The notes: generated from the letters alone by a model not told the origin. 64,000 nt of DNA from Azolla caroliniana (GCA_043228905.1 JBHGNT010000009.1:3410001-3474000), one strand, 5' to 3'; positions 48,266 through 62,200 are shown, numbered from the stretch's first letter. Program-made: numbers and translations.

Positions 48266-51200
48266 GTCCAGCCAAAATAGGAGCCGTTTGGTTGGACAGC
48301 CCTAGATCTGTGCAGCCCATTAGTGGTTCCATTCCCTCTAAGCAAGTTAGTGATGTGTTCGTAGCCCAAGTAGCAGTTAGTACTAAAAGTACCCCTCCAG
48401 TACATACCTTAGCCCTTCTAGATTCCGGAGCTAATTCTTGCTTCATGGATAGGAATTTTGCCCGAGCTCATCAGATATCTCTCAGAAAGCTCCCATGTCC
48501 AGCCTCAGTAGTAGTCATTGATGGTCGTCCCATTGCTTCTGGTAATATCATAGAAGAGTCGGAACCCATTAATATTGTCCTAGATAACTTAACATGTGTA
48601 GTATCATTTAATATTATTAGTATTCCAGAACATCCCATAGTTTTAGGATTACCATGGTTCGAGTTACATAACCCAGACATAGATTGGAGGACAAGGGAAA
48701 TCCGGTTGCGACAAACCCAAGGATCTACCCAGAAGGTTGCAACCATTTCGCTACGTCAGTTGCGTGAGGAAGGGCGCAAGGAGGAAATGTTTCTCTTCGC
48801 AATATCAGTACAACCCTCCTGCACCACCAAAGAGGAGTCCACCGTTCAACTTCCCGAGAAGTATCATCAGTATGCTGATGTGTTCGATAAAGTACAAGCC
48901 AACACACTTCCTCATCATCGGCCGTACGATTGCGCCATCGACTTACAACCGGGAAAAGAGCCGCCATGGGGGCCGATCTACAATTTGTCACCAACCGAGC
49001 TAGAAGTCCTTCGAGCCTATATAGAGGAGAATTTGGAGAACGGTTTCATTCGGCATTCGAAATCTCCAGCCGGCGCACCCATTTTCTTCGTCAAGAAAAA
49101 AGATGGCTCGCTTCGACTCGTTGTAGATTACCGTGGCTTGAATAAGGTCATAGTAAGAAATAGGTATGCTCTTCCCCTTATCTCAAGTCTTTTAGAACGG
49201 ATCAACGGTGCCAGGTTCTTCACGAAGATCGACTTACGAGGAGCCTATAACCTCGTACGGATCCGACCAGGAGATGAATGGAAGACCGCGTTTCGCACCA
49301 GATATGGGCACTTCGAGTATACGGTCATGCCGTTCGGACTCACTAATGCGCCGGCAGTCTTCCAGCACATGGCGAATGATATATTTCGAGATCTCTTGGA
49401 TGATTTTTTGATCATCTATTTGGATGATCTACTGGTTTATTCAAAGACCCAAGAAGAACATGATTCTCATGTACTATTAGTACTAAAACGACTTCGAGAA
49501 CATGGTCTGTATGCAAAGTTAGAGAAATGTAGTTTCGGGTGCAACCAAGTGGAGTTTCTCGGCTATGTCATCTCCTCAGAAGGCATATCTATGGACCCAG
49601 CCAAGGTCAAAACGGTGATAGAATGGCACACTCCGCGTTCGGTGCGGGATGTGCAATGCTTCCTAGGCTTTGCAAATTTTTACCGGAAGTTCATACAAAA
49701 TTACTCAAAAATTGTGCTGCCTCTCACACAGCTCACCAGGAAGGGACAATCATTCATCTGGTCTAAAGAGACGGACATGGCTTTCGAGAGTCTTAAGAAG
49801 GCGTTTACATCAGCTCCAATTTTAGGTCATGTGGATCCGGAAAAACCATTCATTATCGAAGCTGACGCATCGGATTTCGCATTGGGGAGCATTCTGTCAC
49901 AACAAGGTAACGACGAGAAGCTACATCCTGTGGCTTTCCACTCCCGTAAGTTTGACGCCGCCGAAATCAACTACGAAATTCATGATAAAGAGCTATTAGC
50001 AATAGTTGATTCTTTTATGCAATGGAGGCATTTCCTGGAGGGATCTCCTCATCAGGTCACTGTATTCAGTGACCACAAGAACCTTGCCTACTTTCAAGAT
50101 GCTCGTGTACTGAATCGACGTCAAGCTCGGTGGGCCCACTTCCTCACACGCTTCGACTTCAAAATTACATATCGTCCGGGGAAGCACCAAGGGAAGGCAG
50201 ATGCATTATCACGGCGTTCGTATCTAACACCACGTCCCGGTGAGCCAGCTTTCGATAACCAGAAGCAAGTAATCTTGGGTCCAGCACGACTGCAAGCAGC
50301 ACAGGTCTTTGACATGCCCGTGGATTCCGACATTACCAATACTATACGTGAGGACTTGAAGACTGACGCTTTCGCCCAAGCTATACTAGCACAAATTGAC
50401 CCCTCTCGAGCGTCATGTTCACAATCACAATCACCAGGTACGGATTATCGGCAATTCAAATACTGTGATGGATTACTCTTCTTTAAAGAACTTTTGTATG
50501 TTCCTAATGGTTCTTGCCGCCTTCGAGTAGTACAAAACTGCCATGACACATATACAGCAGGACATTTTGGTAGTACTAAAACATTAGATTTAGTACAACG
50601 ATCATTCTGGTGGCCCCGTATGCGACAATTTGTCGAAGATTTTGTCCGGACTTGCGATACATGCTGCAGAGCGAAAATGCCAAGACATCATCCATATGGT
50701 TTATTAGAACCATTACCAATTCCAAGCAAGCCATGGCAATCCATTGCTCTTGACTTCATTACAGATCTTCCAGTCTCTAAGGGATTCAGTGCGATTCTCA
50801 CAGTGGTGGATCGATATACGAAGATGGCTCATTTCTTACCATGTACTAAAGAAATATCTAGTGAAGACACCGCCGAAATTGTCATGCGGGAAGTATGTCG
50901 GCATCATGGACTCCCTGATAATATCATCAGCGATCGTGGACCCCAGTTTGTGTCAAAATTCTGGAAGCACCTTTTTAAAATGCTGAAGGTCACTTGTAAC
51001 CTCTCCTCCGGCTACCACCCACAAACCGACGGTCAAGCCGAACGAACAAATCAAACACTGGAGCAGTATCTGCGGTGCTTTCTCAACTATCATCAGAATG
51101 ACTGGGCAGATATTCTTCAGTTCGCCGAATTTGCCTATAATAACGCTATCCACGCATCGACTAAAGTCACGCCATTCTACGCTTATACAGGATATCATCC

Positions 51201-51849
51201 CCGGTGGTGTGTCCTTGAAACCCCAGAAGTGTCCACAAATCCGTGCGCGGAGGATCGTTTGGAGCGGTTACGCAAGATACAAGCGGATTTATCTACTCAA
51301 CTCCAGCAAGCTCAACAATCACACAAGGACTACGCAGATCGTCATCGACTTCCATCCAGTTTTAACATTGGAGATCGGGTGTGGCTGCTACGACGACACA
51401 TCAAGACTACTCGCCCATGTGAGAAGTTGGATTATCGGCGATTAGGTCCTTTCCGTATTATCGGGAAGATTAATGATGTCGCTTTTCGTCTCGAGCTACC
51501 TCCGCAACTTCGGATACATCCGGTGTTTCATAGTTCTCTCCTCGAACCCTATCACGAGAGCACTATCCCAGGACGTACTATACAACCACCACCTCCTATC
51601 GAGCTCGAAGATGGACCTGAGTATGAGGTCGCTGCCATCCTCGATTCCAAGATTGTTCGCAACAAGCTCTACTATCTAGTCGATTGGCTAGGATATAGTC
51701 CCAGCGAGCGTACTTGGGAACCGATCGAGAATGTGACCAATGCTCGTGCTCTTCTAGAAGACTTCCATCGACGATATCCCGAGAAACCGGGTCCTCAATC
51801 CAAAACGACTCGTGGAACTCGTCGTTTTAAAGGGGGGATAGTGTCATAA
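48260..51849 (+). CDS. pol: Pol (PR-RT-RNase H-integrase-chromodomain) in the -1 frame relative to gag
   Basis: LLDSGA, YLDD, DASDFALG, H..H..CDTC, ISDRGPQF, GPF, chromodomain YEVAAILDSK..YYLVDWLGY...TWEP. The frame is open upstream of the called TTG at 48292; the stop lies inside the 3' LTR. Confidence 0.95.
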
Positions 51850-52131
51850 CTAGACTCGAACCCATAACCTTTTGTTACACGGGTCGAGACTTTACCATTA
51901 GGTTATGAATTGTAATTTGAAGGATATTATTTTCATTTAGGTTTTATTAGGAAATTGATGTATATTCCAGATTTCTCTGGAACATTCTAGAAACTTCAGG
52001 AGTATTCCTGAAGACACTATAAAAGGAGGCGCAAGGCATTAGTTCGAACCAAATCGGTTCAACGCCAGTCTTAAGCCTTCTAACCACTGTTGTATATCTT
52101 CCTTCATATAATACATATATCTTTCGCATCA

Positions 52132-52181
<50 letters not shown>

Positions 52182-55100
52182 ACTCATTCCTTCTCTCAAA
52201 GTTCGACACCTCTCATAGTACTAATCCTTCTCTGTCTTAGTACTATTCCCCGACAATAGTACTAATCCTTCTTTTAGTACTAATTCCTTCTCTGCCTTAA
52301 TAGAGTTCCTGACACGCATGAGGTTGAGTTCGGGCCGAAGAGAATGTCGTGGTCTTTTGTGCTAGCTAGATATCTGAACACATGCTTGATTGCGTTCCAG
52401 TGCAATCGGCCGGGGTTGTGCATGAATCTGCTGACGACTCCTACGGTGTGAGAAATATCAGGCCGTGTCGCGACCATAGCGTACATAAGGGAGCCGACTG
52501 CCGGTGCATACGGTACCGACTTCATATCTTCCCCCTCCGAACCGGATGTCGGGCAGTCTCGCTGAGACAGCCGAAGGTTAATGGGGAGCGGGGTCGAAGT
52601 AGACTTGGCCGAGTGCATGTTGAAGCGTTCCAAGATACGTCTGATGTAGTCGGTTTGAGACAAGAAAAGTTGTCGTTTATCACGATGCCGACTAATCTTC
52701 ATACCAAGTATGTGTCTTGCCGGACCAAGGTCCTTCATGGCAAACTTCAACCGTAGTTTCCGAACGAGTTCGGTGAGCTCACCGGCATGCTTGCCAGAGA
52801 GGAGCATGTCATCCACGTAGATGATGAGGAAGACGGGAGACCTATCTTGAGCTGTTTTGGTAAAGAGACAGTGGTCCTCATCGCTCTTTGAGAAGCCGAC
52901 CGATTGGATGAAGTCGTCGAACTTCTTGTACCACTGTCAGGGTGCTTGTTTGAGGCTATAAAGACTCTTCCTGAGTCGGCAGACTAGATGTTCCTGGCCG
53001 AATGCCACAAAGCCTTTCGGCTGCTCTATATAGATTTCCTCCTGTAGGTCACCGTGGAGGAATACCGTTTTTACATCTAGCTGACTCAACTCCAAGTTGT
53101 TGGTGGCCACGACGCCGAGCATGAAATGAAGGGTCGTCATTTTCACCATTGGTGAAAAGATTTCATCGAAGTTGACGCCATATTCTTGTCTAAATCCCTT
53201 TGCAACTAATATGGCCTTGTACTTTGAGTTGGTCGAGTCGGACGTTTCTTTTAGTTGATAGACTCACTTACATGGAACAACACGTCGATTCTCCGGTAAG
53301 TCGAGTAAGTCCCAAGTCTTGTTTGCCTGAATGGAGTGCATTTCCGACTCCATCGCTAGATGCCATGTGGCTGAATCGACAGATGCCGATTCTTCTTCGT
53401 AGGACGTTGGTTCGCTGATGTCGTTAAAGAAAATTCCGGGAGAGGACCTGTCCGGAGGTTGCGATAGTCTCTCGGATATGCGAGGTATGACTGGACTAGT
53501 CGCGCCGGGTGTCAATGTCAGATGGTCGGGAGCCGAGCCATTCGGTTGTGCTGAATCGATGGATTCAGGACGAGAGGTGTCGGTTACCCGTGAAACCGAT
53601 CTCGTGTTGTGGGCTGGGCCTTCATGAAGGGTTGGCACTTCGGAGAATATTACCCTTCGGACTTCAATAGGCCTTTCGGCCGTTTTATGCATAGCCGACT
53701 CATTGAACACGACGTCTGAACTTCGGATGATTTGTCTGTGCTCGGGGTCCCAGAGTCGGTATCCGATCTCACCGTCGGGTCCATACCCAAGGAAAACACA
53801 TTTCCTTGATCTTGGTTCGAGTTTCCGGCGATCGTCTTTCGGTATGAGGGCGTATGCCTCGCAACCGAAGATCCTCAGCTTGTCATAATTCGGCTTACTG
53901 CCGGTCCATACTTCTTGAGGTATTTGAAGTCCTAGAGGTCTACTTGGCGACATATTTATTATGTGTACTGCCGTAAGTAGAGCCTTCGCCTAGAAGCCAT
54001 CCGACAATCTGGATGGTTGGAGCATGGATACTACGCGTTCTTGAATCGTCCGATTCATGCGTTCTGCAATTCCGTTCTGCTTTGAACTATAGGGTGCCGT
54101 ATATTCACGTCGAATGCCGCGTTCTCGGCAAAATTTGACAAATTCTTCAGACTTGAATTCTCCTCCATTATCGGTTCGGAGACATTTAAGTTTCCGACCA
54201 GTCTGGTTTTCGACCATTGCAAGCCATTCGGAGAAGATCGAGAACACCCGATCTTTGGTTCTGATGGGGTAAGCCCACACCTTCCGAGTCGAGAGACTGA
54301 TGTGGCATCGGGCCACAGACGTCCGAGTGGACCAAATCGAGGGGACTTGATTCTCTTGGTGCTGATGTCGGATGTGATGCGGCTACCTGTTTGCCGTACT
54401 GGCAATGCTCACAGAATTGATGATCTGAGAAGGAGAGCTTGGGGATGTAACCGACTCTGGATAGGTGCGTTATGCCAGCCTTGTTTAGGTGTCCAAGTCA
54501 TCCGTGCCATAACGATGACACGGGGATATCAACAAAAAATAAGTCACCCTCTTTAAGTGTGACATATAAAGGGTACAAAGAGTGTACCTTCGGTCCTTGA
54601 GCAAGCAAGAGGTTCCCTTTGTGGAGTGTCCACCCTCCTGATGAGAATCCGACATGAATGCCGGCTTCGTCAAGTTGTCCGACTGAGATCAAGGGTCTTG
54701 AGAGCTCAGGAACGTGTCCGACATTGTGTAGTACGAGTGCAGAGCCACCCGGAAGGTTGAGCTCTATAGTGCCGATTCCGGTTATAGCACAGTGCTGTGA
54801 GTTTCCGACTTGAACTAAGTTAGAGTGCCGGTCCGAGTATTGCTGAAACTAAGATCGGTGAGGTGTCACATGATATGATGCGCCCGAGTCAAGAAGCCAT
54901 GTGCTCGATTCCTCAGTCGTAAGCAGAACTTCTGATTCGACTGGGTTCTCTATGAACTGTATGTTTGGGTCGGTCGTCAAAATTTCGGCTGAAGAGCCGA
55001 CATAGTTGACCTCCTCATGCCGGCTACTCTTCTGATCCGCTCTTTGAGATTTGTCGGTTTTTGCTTTGAGTGCCCAACAGTCGGCTTTGATGTGTCCCAG

Positions 55101-57967
55101 TTTCTTGTAGTAGTTGTAGATTCGGTTGTCCCGGGACTTGCTCTGGTTTCGCTAATTGTTCGGCGGTCGGGAAGAACTTCTTCCCTGGTTGTTCGATCGG
55201 TCAGTCGAACCTTGTACTACGTAAGCTTCATCTGCCGAGTCTTTGGCGAAAGACTTTCTCCAAGCTGCTTCAGTCAGGATTGCGCTCGTGACTTCGGAGT
55301 ACTTAACGGCATCTGTTGAAACATTGCACACGGTTGTAACGAAAGTTTCCCATGAAGAGGGGAGGCTACTCATGAGTATCATTGCTCTGATTTCATCCTC
55401 GATTGCCGTCCCCTGAGACGAGATTTGGGAGCTTATGCTTTCGTACTTGTTGAGGTGTGCCTAAACCGAATCAGATTCTTTCATCCGCAAGTTGTAGAGG
55501 CGCCGGATCAGATACATCTTCGTTGCGGCGACCTTCTTTTCATAAGTTTCCGACAATGTTTTCCAAAGTTCAAACGCTGTCGTGCATGATTGCACTGTGA
55601 AGTACACTGACTCCAACAAGTGCATCCGAATCGTGGCTCGGATGACCAGCTTTAGCCACTCGTTTGCCTTGTATGCTTCTGGAGGATTTTCATTCTCAAT
55701 CGGGTCTATCTGACCCTTGACTATGAGATAGTCCTGCATTTGTTTCTTCCAGAAGTTGAAGTTCGAACCGTCGAACTTCCTTAGACTCATCTCCGATGAG
55801 CCGGATGTTGATGCCATCTAATTCGGTTTCAGCTGGGAAGACTCGGTTTGGAGTTGACTACGAACCTTAGTGGGGTGTAGTCAATCGACTCACCCGATAT
55901 CGTTCTAGTCGGTTTTGAACCCGAGTCGGTTTGGTTTTGGATACTTGTTGCTGAACTTGCTCGGAGTGACTCCGATAACTTGAGGGACAGAGCCGGCTGG
56001 TCTTCCCGAATGTTGCCGAGTCGGAGTGAGCCCGGTTAGCTTCCGATTGTATGCCGAATACCGATTACACGAGACCGATTGTTTGGACCGATTCAACTTC
56101 GGATGACTGTAGCGATGAGAGGGACGGATCCAACTGATCTTCCCGAATGTCGATTAGCCGAGTGAAGCACGAATTTGGTTGGTTGTTTCGAGACCAATCT
56201 GCAGCGGGTAGTTACAACAAGCTGGTGAATAGCATTCGACGACCTATTCGGATGTTGTTTAACCAAATGAAGCACGATTGGGTCGGTTGTTGCGCAAGAA
56301 GCTCCCCTCAAGCGGTTACAATCACAAGAACAGAGTACAACCGACTGGCTTACTCCAATTTTTGATTTAACACAGTGAGATGCGAGCTTTTGTTTTTCTT
56401 CTCCCTTCTTTATTCTTCAAGGAAAACGAAAAATGGAATGTTGTGTGGTGTACTATGACGGCTGACAGCGGGTTGAAGAACCTCCAACGCTCTGATACCA
56501 AATGTTGGGGGCAAGGCTGTCAATGCGGAAGAGTAGACAACGTCTGTGATGGTGAAGAATCTGCGTATGCGAGTTAACACTAGATAAGCACACAGAGAGA
56601 GAGAGATAGGCACAAAGAAATAGGATTTTATTTCTCAATAGCAACAACTACAAGAATTACAACCAGTAGCTACTAACAGGTTACAAAGTCACTTTATATA
56701 GTGATTGTCCTAGGGCAACTGCCCTTTGTGCTATTTACAGAAATAGCCCAAACTTGGGCTGTCCAAGGGGACAGTGTGAATACGGCCATTATACACTTGT
56801 ATTCGACACCTATGACACATGAGTTATGTTACAAGACGCATTAATCAGTCAACACTTTTTATACAAGCCCTAACGAGTGGGTTGACACAAGTACCCTCAG
56901 TACTTGAATGCTCATAAATGATCCTGACACTGATTTTGCCTACAATATTCCTATCTACCATAATAGGAATATCGGCCCTCAACGGCGTTTTTGGAATCCT
57001 TCCGCCTCGGCCCACCCGAGTCAAACTTTCTTCGATTCGGCTCCCAACTCTCGACCCTCGTCTTCTTTAGCCGATTTAGCCCATGTTGAGCTTGTCTCTC
57101 AACACTCCTCCTCAAGCTCAACTTGAGGTCCCTCTGTGTCAGTTCTAGTTGGTCCGTCATTCCAGCCTCTTCTCCTGGCGTCTCGATGCCTTGTTCGTGC
57201 TCCTCGTCCAGTTTGGCCTTGTGTCCCATGACCCCTTTGGTCCGACGCTTCTCGACTCAACTGGTTCCGTGCACCTCGACCCTTACGGTTGGCTTGTCTG
57301 CTTCCAGGGCCCTTGTTAGTTCCCTTGCTGTTGCGGTATTAGCGCCCCTCGACCCGTCGGCTCCTCCGTGTCGGCATCGGTTTCGACTGCCTCCTCGTTC
57401 GCGTGGCCTCTGTGTAATTCGGATCGTCCGAATCACCTTCCATGATCGAATCAGCTAGTTCCGATTTGTTCCAACTCTTGTCCAAATTGACTGTCTCGAA
57501 TTCGTCCTCCTTCAATCCCTTGCCCACTGACGAGAAATGTGTAGAATAATCTTTGGCCACAACCGAAGCTTACATCACTTGATGACAATCAAACACAGAA
57601 GAAATGGGAATGGAGGTAATTACACAAATAGAAAAAAAAGAGAATGTACAGGATGTTAACGTGGAAAACCCTGAGAGGGAAAAACCACGGGAGCCCACAG
57701 ACTCCAAACTATCGCTATGTCAAAAATACAACAGAGAGCATAGAGGCAACGACCTCTTTCCCTCAATCTTCGCCTGGCGGCGGTTACAACAGAGACACAA
57801 TCTCTATATATTGCTCTCTCTCTTACGCACTGTACAAGAGTTACACCAATAACTCTCTCTTCTTCTGAGTTTGCCCTAGGTCATATTTATACTAATATGA
57901 CTTTCGGGCTATTTACAAATATAGCCCTAGTGGGCTCTCTGGAACATATTTACATATATGTCCATCC

Positions 57968-58140
57968 GATGAGAGGTTCTCACCGGGTCTGCAACATCCG
58001 GTTCTCACCGGGTCTTCCTTGCCGGGTACTCGTCATCCGGTTCTCACCGGGTCTGCATCATCCGGTTCTTGGTACTCCACATTTGGTTCTCACCGGGTCT
58101 TCCTTGCCGGGTACTCCACATCCGATTCTCACCGGGTCTT
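57968..58140. repeat. CCGGTTCTCACCGGGTCT sub-repeats in Copia B U3 (also at 63928-64000)
   Basis: About five interspersed copies visible. Confidence 0.85.
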
Positions 58141-58841
58141 CCATTGCTGGGCCTTCGTATCCCATCCGGAGGGACCGAGATCCTAACAAATTCCCCCTTC
58201 ACTCCGGCATGGGAGGCCTCGTCAATCCGATCCGCTTCCGGCATGCATCTAGCTTGTCGGGCGTCAGCACCTTGGTCAGCATATCCGACCCGTTTTCCTT
58301 CGTGTGGATCTTTGTCAGCACGAACTCTCGGTCTTCTACTCGCTCCCAAATCCAGTGGTACCTCCGCTGGATGTGCTTCATCCTGGAATGATACGATGCG
58401 TTCTTCGCAAGGTGGATGGCACTTTGATTGTCGCAATAGAGCCGATATTCCTCTTGCCGGATCCCTAGCTCTTCGATGAAGTCCTTCATCCATAGTATTT
58501 CCTTGCCGGCTTCCACAACTGCCATGTACTCCGCTTCCGTGGTTGACAACGCAACCGTCTTCTGCAGCCTCGATTGCCACAAAACAGCTCCCCCCGCATA
58601 TGTCATGACATATCCGGATGTTGACCGGCTGGTATCCGCATTAGCCGACATATCCAAATCGGTGAAACCGTCAAGTTGGGGTTTACCGGAGCCGAATCGG
58701 AGACACATACTTGAGGTGCCTTTCAAGTATCGGAGTATCCATTTTACCGCATTCCAATGCTCCTTTCCGGGATTGCTCATAAACCGGCTCACCACTCCGA
58801 CTGCATATCCGATATCCAGTCGGGTACACACCATTGCGTAC

Positions 58842-59276
58842 TGTTAAGTAATTAGGTAATTAACTAGGGTTAATTAGAGACTAATTATATAGTTACGTTA
58901 AGCAGCGGAAGATTAGTATGATATGCGCGTGAGAGTGTGTGAGAGGAAGAGAGAGAGAGTAAGTTACACTTATGAACACGAAGATAAATGGGGGATGATT
59001 GACTATATTGAAAATTGTCATCAACTACAAAAATACCCACAATGAGGTATATATACAACCCATGTGCAAAGGTGCACATGTGTGGGTAGAACATAAGTAC
59101 TTATGTGTAAGTCCTACATTAAATGTACTGAGTGGAGGATCTAGAATATCCCACTTAAGTACAAGGTCCTATTTAAAGGCTTAAGGTCAACACATTAACT
59201 AGATTCGATCTAGGTAACTATTAAGTTACATGTGTTGACTAACTAGATTAAACTAGTTGAGCTTGATATCTCAACA
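58842..59276 (-). mobile_element. Solo LTR (435 bp) in Copia B RT/RNase H region
   Basis: TGTT...AACA; TSD CGTAC at 58837-58841 and 59277-59281; splits host GSLMY|AMVCTR. Confidence 0.92.
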
Positions 59277-62200
59277 CGTACATTAGGCTCCCGACGGCAG
59301 AGGCATATGGTATCTTCATCATATTCGCCTTCTCTGCCTTCGTCTTCAGGCTTTGCTTACCGGATAACCTGCAGTTTGCCGGAAGTGTTGATCCGACCGA
59401 TTTCGCATCTAACATGTTGAACCGCTGAAGCACCTTTGTCACGTACTTATCCTGTGACAACCACAATTGCTTCGTTGGTCGGTCCCGGATGATATGCATC
59501 CCCAACATCTATCTTGCCGGACCCAAGTCTTTCATTTAGAAGGTCCGGTTCAGGGCCTTCTTTAGCATCCGTATCTCGACTTGGTCTCGTCCAACGATCA
59601 ACATGTCGTCCACATACAAGAGGAGTATCAAGAAGTCTCCACCTTCGAACTTCGTCACAAATACGTAGTGATCGGCCTGCGTCTTGTGGTACCCTTGATT
59701 GTTCATGAAGGAGTCGAACTTATGGTACCATTGCCGGGGAGCCTGCTTCAACCCGTAGAGGCTCTTTTTTAATCGGCAAACCAGGTGCTCCTTCCCTTTT
59801 TTCACAAAGCCCTCCGGTTGCTGCATGTAGATCTCCTCTTTGAGGTCGCCGTGGAGGAACGCCGTCTTCACGTCTAACTGCTCTACCTCGAGGTCCATGC
59901 TTGCCGCTATGCTCAGCACCATCCGGATGGAAGTCATCTTTACTACCAGGGCAAATATCTCGTCGAAGTCCACGCCCTTCTTCTGCTGGAACCCCTTCAC
60001 CACGATCCTAGCTTTGTACCTTGGAGGGTTGCCGGCATCTCCCGGTTTGAACTTGTACACCCACTTGTTTCGAAGTGCCCTCTTTCCTTTCGGCAACTCC
60101 ACCAATTCATACGTGTGGTTCTTATGCAGGGCATCCATCTCGTCCTGTATGGCACTCTACCACTTGCGGCTATGGGTGTCATCCTTCGCTTCTTCGAAGC
60201 TTTCTGGCTCCCCCTCATCGGTCAACAGCACATGCTCTGCATCCGGAAATCTCTGGGGGGGCCTTCTCTCTCTGAGAGGATATCTCCGTCTTTGGCTTTC
60301 GGCAACCAGCTCCTCTATTTGTTCTTCATCCGAATCCAATTCGGGGTCTTGGTCAGTTCCGGTTTCGGCTTCCTCTACTTCTTCTTCTGCCGGTTCAGTA
60401 TCCTCACCGTAACTGGCTGGTTCCTCGAGTGTCAACCGGCTCTTAGCCGGGTGGGTCCGGATCTCAACGGAGTTCATTATCTTCTTCTCCGACTCCTAGT
60501 CGGCAAGATCTTGTCCTCCATGAAGATAATATCTCGGCTCCGGAAAACCTTCTTGTCAACCGGATCCCACACTCGGTAGCCGAACTCATCATCGCCGTAT
60601 CCGAGGAATATGCATGGCCGGTTCTTTGGATCCAACTTTCCTCTCTGGTCCTTAGCAACATGCATGTACGCGAGACACCCGAACACCTTCAAATGCCGGT
60701 AGGACACTTGCTTACCGGTCCACACCTTTTGCGGCGTGTCTCCATCCAAGGGCACTGAGGGTGATCTGTTTATCACATACGTCGCTATCGATAGCGCCTC
60801 ATCCCAAAACGTCTTGGGTAGTTTAGCATTTTCTAGCATACTCCAGACCCTCTCCATTATGGTCTGGTTCATCCTCTCGGCCAACTCGTTTAGTTTCGGT
60901 GTCTTCGGCACGATAAATTCGAGCCGGATTCCCTTCGAGCGATAGTACTCCTCGAACTGCCCTCGGTATTCTCCTCCGTTATATGCTCGAACCGCCTTCA
61001 GCTTCCGTCTGGTTTCTCTTTCCACTCTTGTGTGGAACTCATTGAAGACGGATAACACCTGATCCTTCATCTTCAACTGTGTGGCCCACAGCCTCTTGTT
61101 GTGGTCATCTATGAACGTCACGAAGTACAGTGCTCCGGCATGGAACTTCGTGTCCACTTGACACACATCGGTATGCACCAAGTCCAATGGTGGCTTATGT
61201 CTCATCGATGGCCTTGATCGGAAGGAGGTTCGATTTTGTTTACCAGCTAGGCAGTCGGTGCACCTCTCAAGATGCACGTTCTTCACTGGAATGAGGTTGT
61301 CATCGGCAAGCCTCTTCATCCCCTTCACGCTCATGTGACACAGTCTCTTGTGCCACAACTCACTGGCAGTGTCGGAAGCCACGTTCACTTCTTCCGAGCA
61401 TAACCGGGCATTCATCAGGTACAACGTGTTGACCTTCTCGGCCCGAGCCACTATCAGGCTCCCTATGCTGAATTTCATGACTCTGTTCCGGATGCTACCC
61501 ATGTAGCCTTCATCATCTAGCCCACCGGCTGATATTAGGTTTAGTCGAACCTCAGGAACGTGTCATATATCCTTTAGCAGTAGCTTGCATCCGGTTGGTG
61601 TTGTCAACCACACGTCTCCTATGCCGACAATTCGGCATGTACCTTCATTCCCCATCCGGACATAGCCGTGATCACCGGTTGTGTAGGATGAGAAGCATTT
61701 CCGGTTCGGGGTAAGGTGGAACGACGCTCTGGAATTGACAACCCACGTTGTCTCGTCGCCGGCAAGGTTCAACTCACTGTCCTCGGTGATGAGCATCAAC
61801 TCTTCTTCACTTGCCATGATTGTCGTCATTCCCTTCTGGTTTGTTCCCCTCCGGTCTTTACCGTTTCGGTCCGGTGTCCGCTTCGAATTGGTACCGTCGG
61901 TTTCCTTGTCCTTTCGGAAGTGCCGACAATTCTTCTAGAAGTGTCCCGGCTTGCCGCAATAGAAGCAGGTAGGCCTCCCCCTTGACTTTGACCGTGTCCC
62001 CGACTTTTCCCGGTTCTGGGGACTACGGTTCCTTTGTCTTTCGCGTTCTGATTCGGTAAGGAGCGCTTTGGAGTCGGAGCTCGTATCCTTATCTTTCCAA
62101 CATGCCTCCTCATCTAGCAAGCTCGACTTCACTCTTGCTAGGGATAACCGTTTCCCTTCCGGCCCGATTTGCCCAAGGTGACAACCAACGTCTCCCAGTT

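Larger units (their letters stand above)
46524..52314 (+). mobile_element. Intact Ty3/Gypsy chromovirus (Tcn1 / Tf1-sushi-like), very recent insertion
   Basis: LTRs 46524-46992 and 51842-52314 (TG..CA) appear identical except for (CT)n length; TSD CGCAT at 46519-46523 and 52315-52319; PPT AAAGGGGGGATAG; open gag and pol. Confidence 0.97.
45533..56808 (-). mobile_element. Ty1/Copia element A, full-length but decayed, interrupted by the chromovirus
   Basis: LTRs 45533-45840 and 56503-56808; TSD CCTAT; tRNA-iMet PBS TGGTATCAGAGC at 56489-56500; PPT at 45841-45849; gag KFDGSNFNFWK, protease LLDSGAS, integrase LRTDNGGEF, RT YVDD, RNase H KHIDVRYHFVRD; in-frame stops. Confidence 0.95.
45277..57527 (-). 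mobile_element. LTR element X: 3' LTR (~45277-45532 plus 56814-56944, split by Copia A) and adjacent internal sequence (56945-57527, interrupted by Copia B)
   Basis: TG at 45277 and CA at 56944; GCAGCGGAA motif shared with the solo LTR at 58842; TATA at ~45432; purine-rich GGTAGATAGGAA next to the LTR on the minus strand; ends tentative. Confidence 0.5.

Noticed and set aside
57339-57600. Tandem Copia sharing an LTR (MAKDYSTHFSS vs MAEDYSAHFSS ORF starts) and an apparently atypical PBS
   Set aside because: The shared sequence lies inside the LTR. The true LTR end is TCTCGTCA (57528 and 63466), followed at 63451-63462 by a near-canonical iMet PBS.
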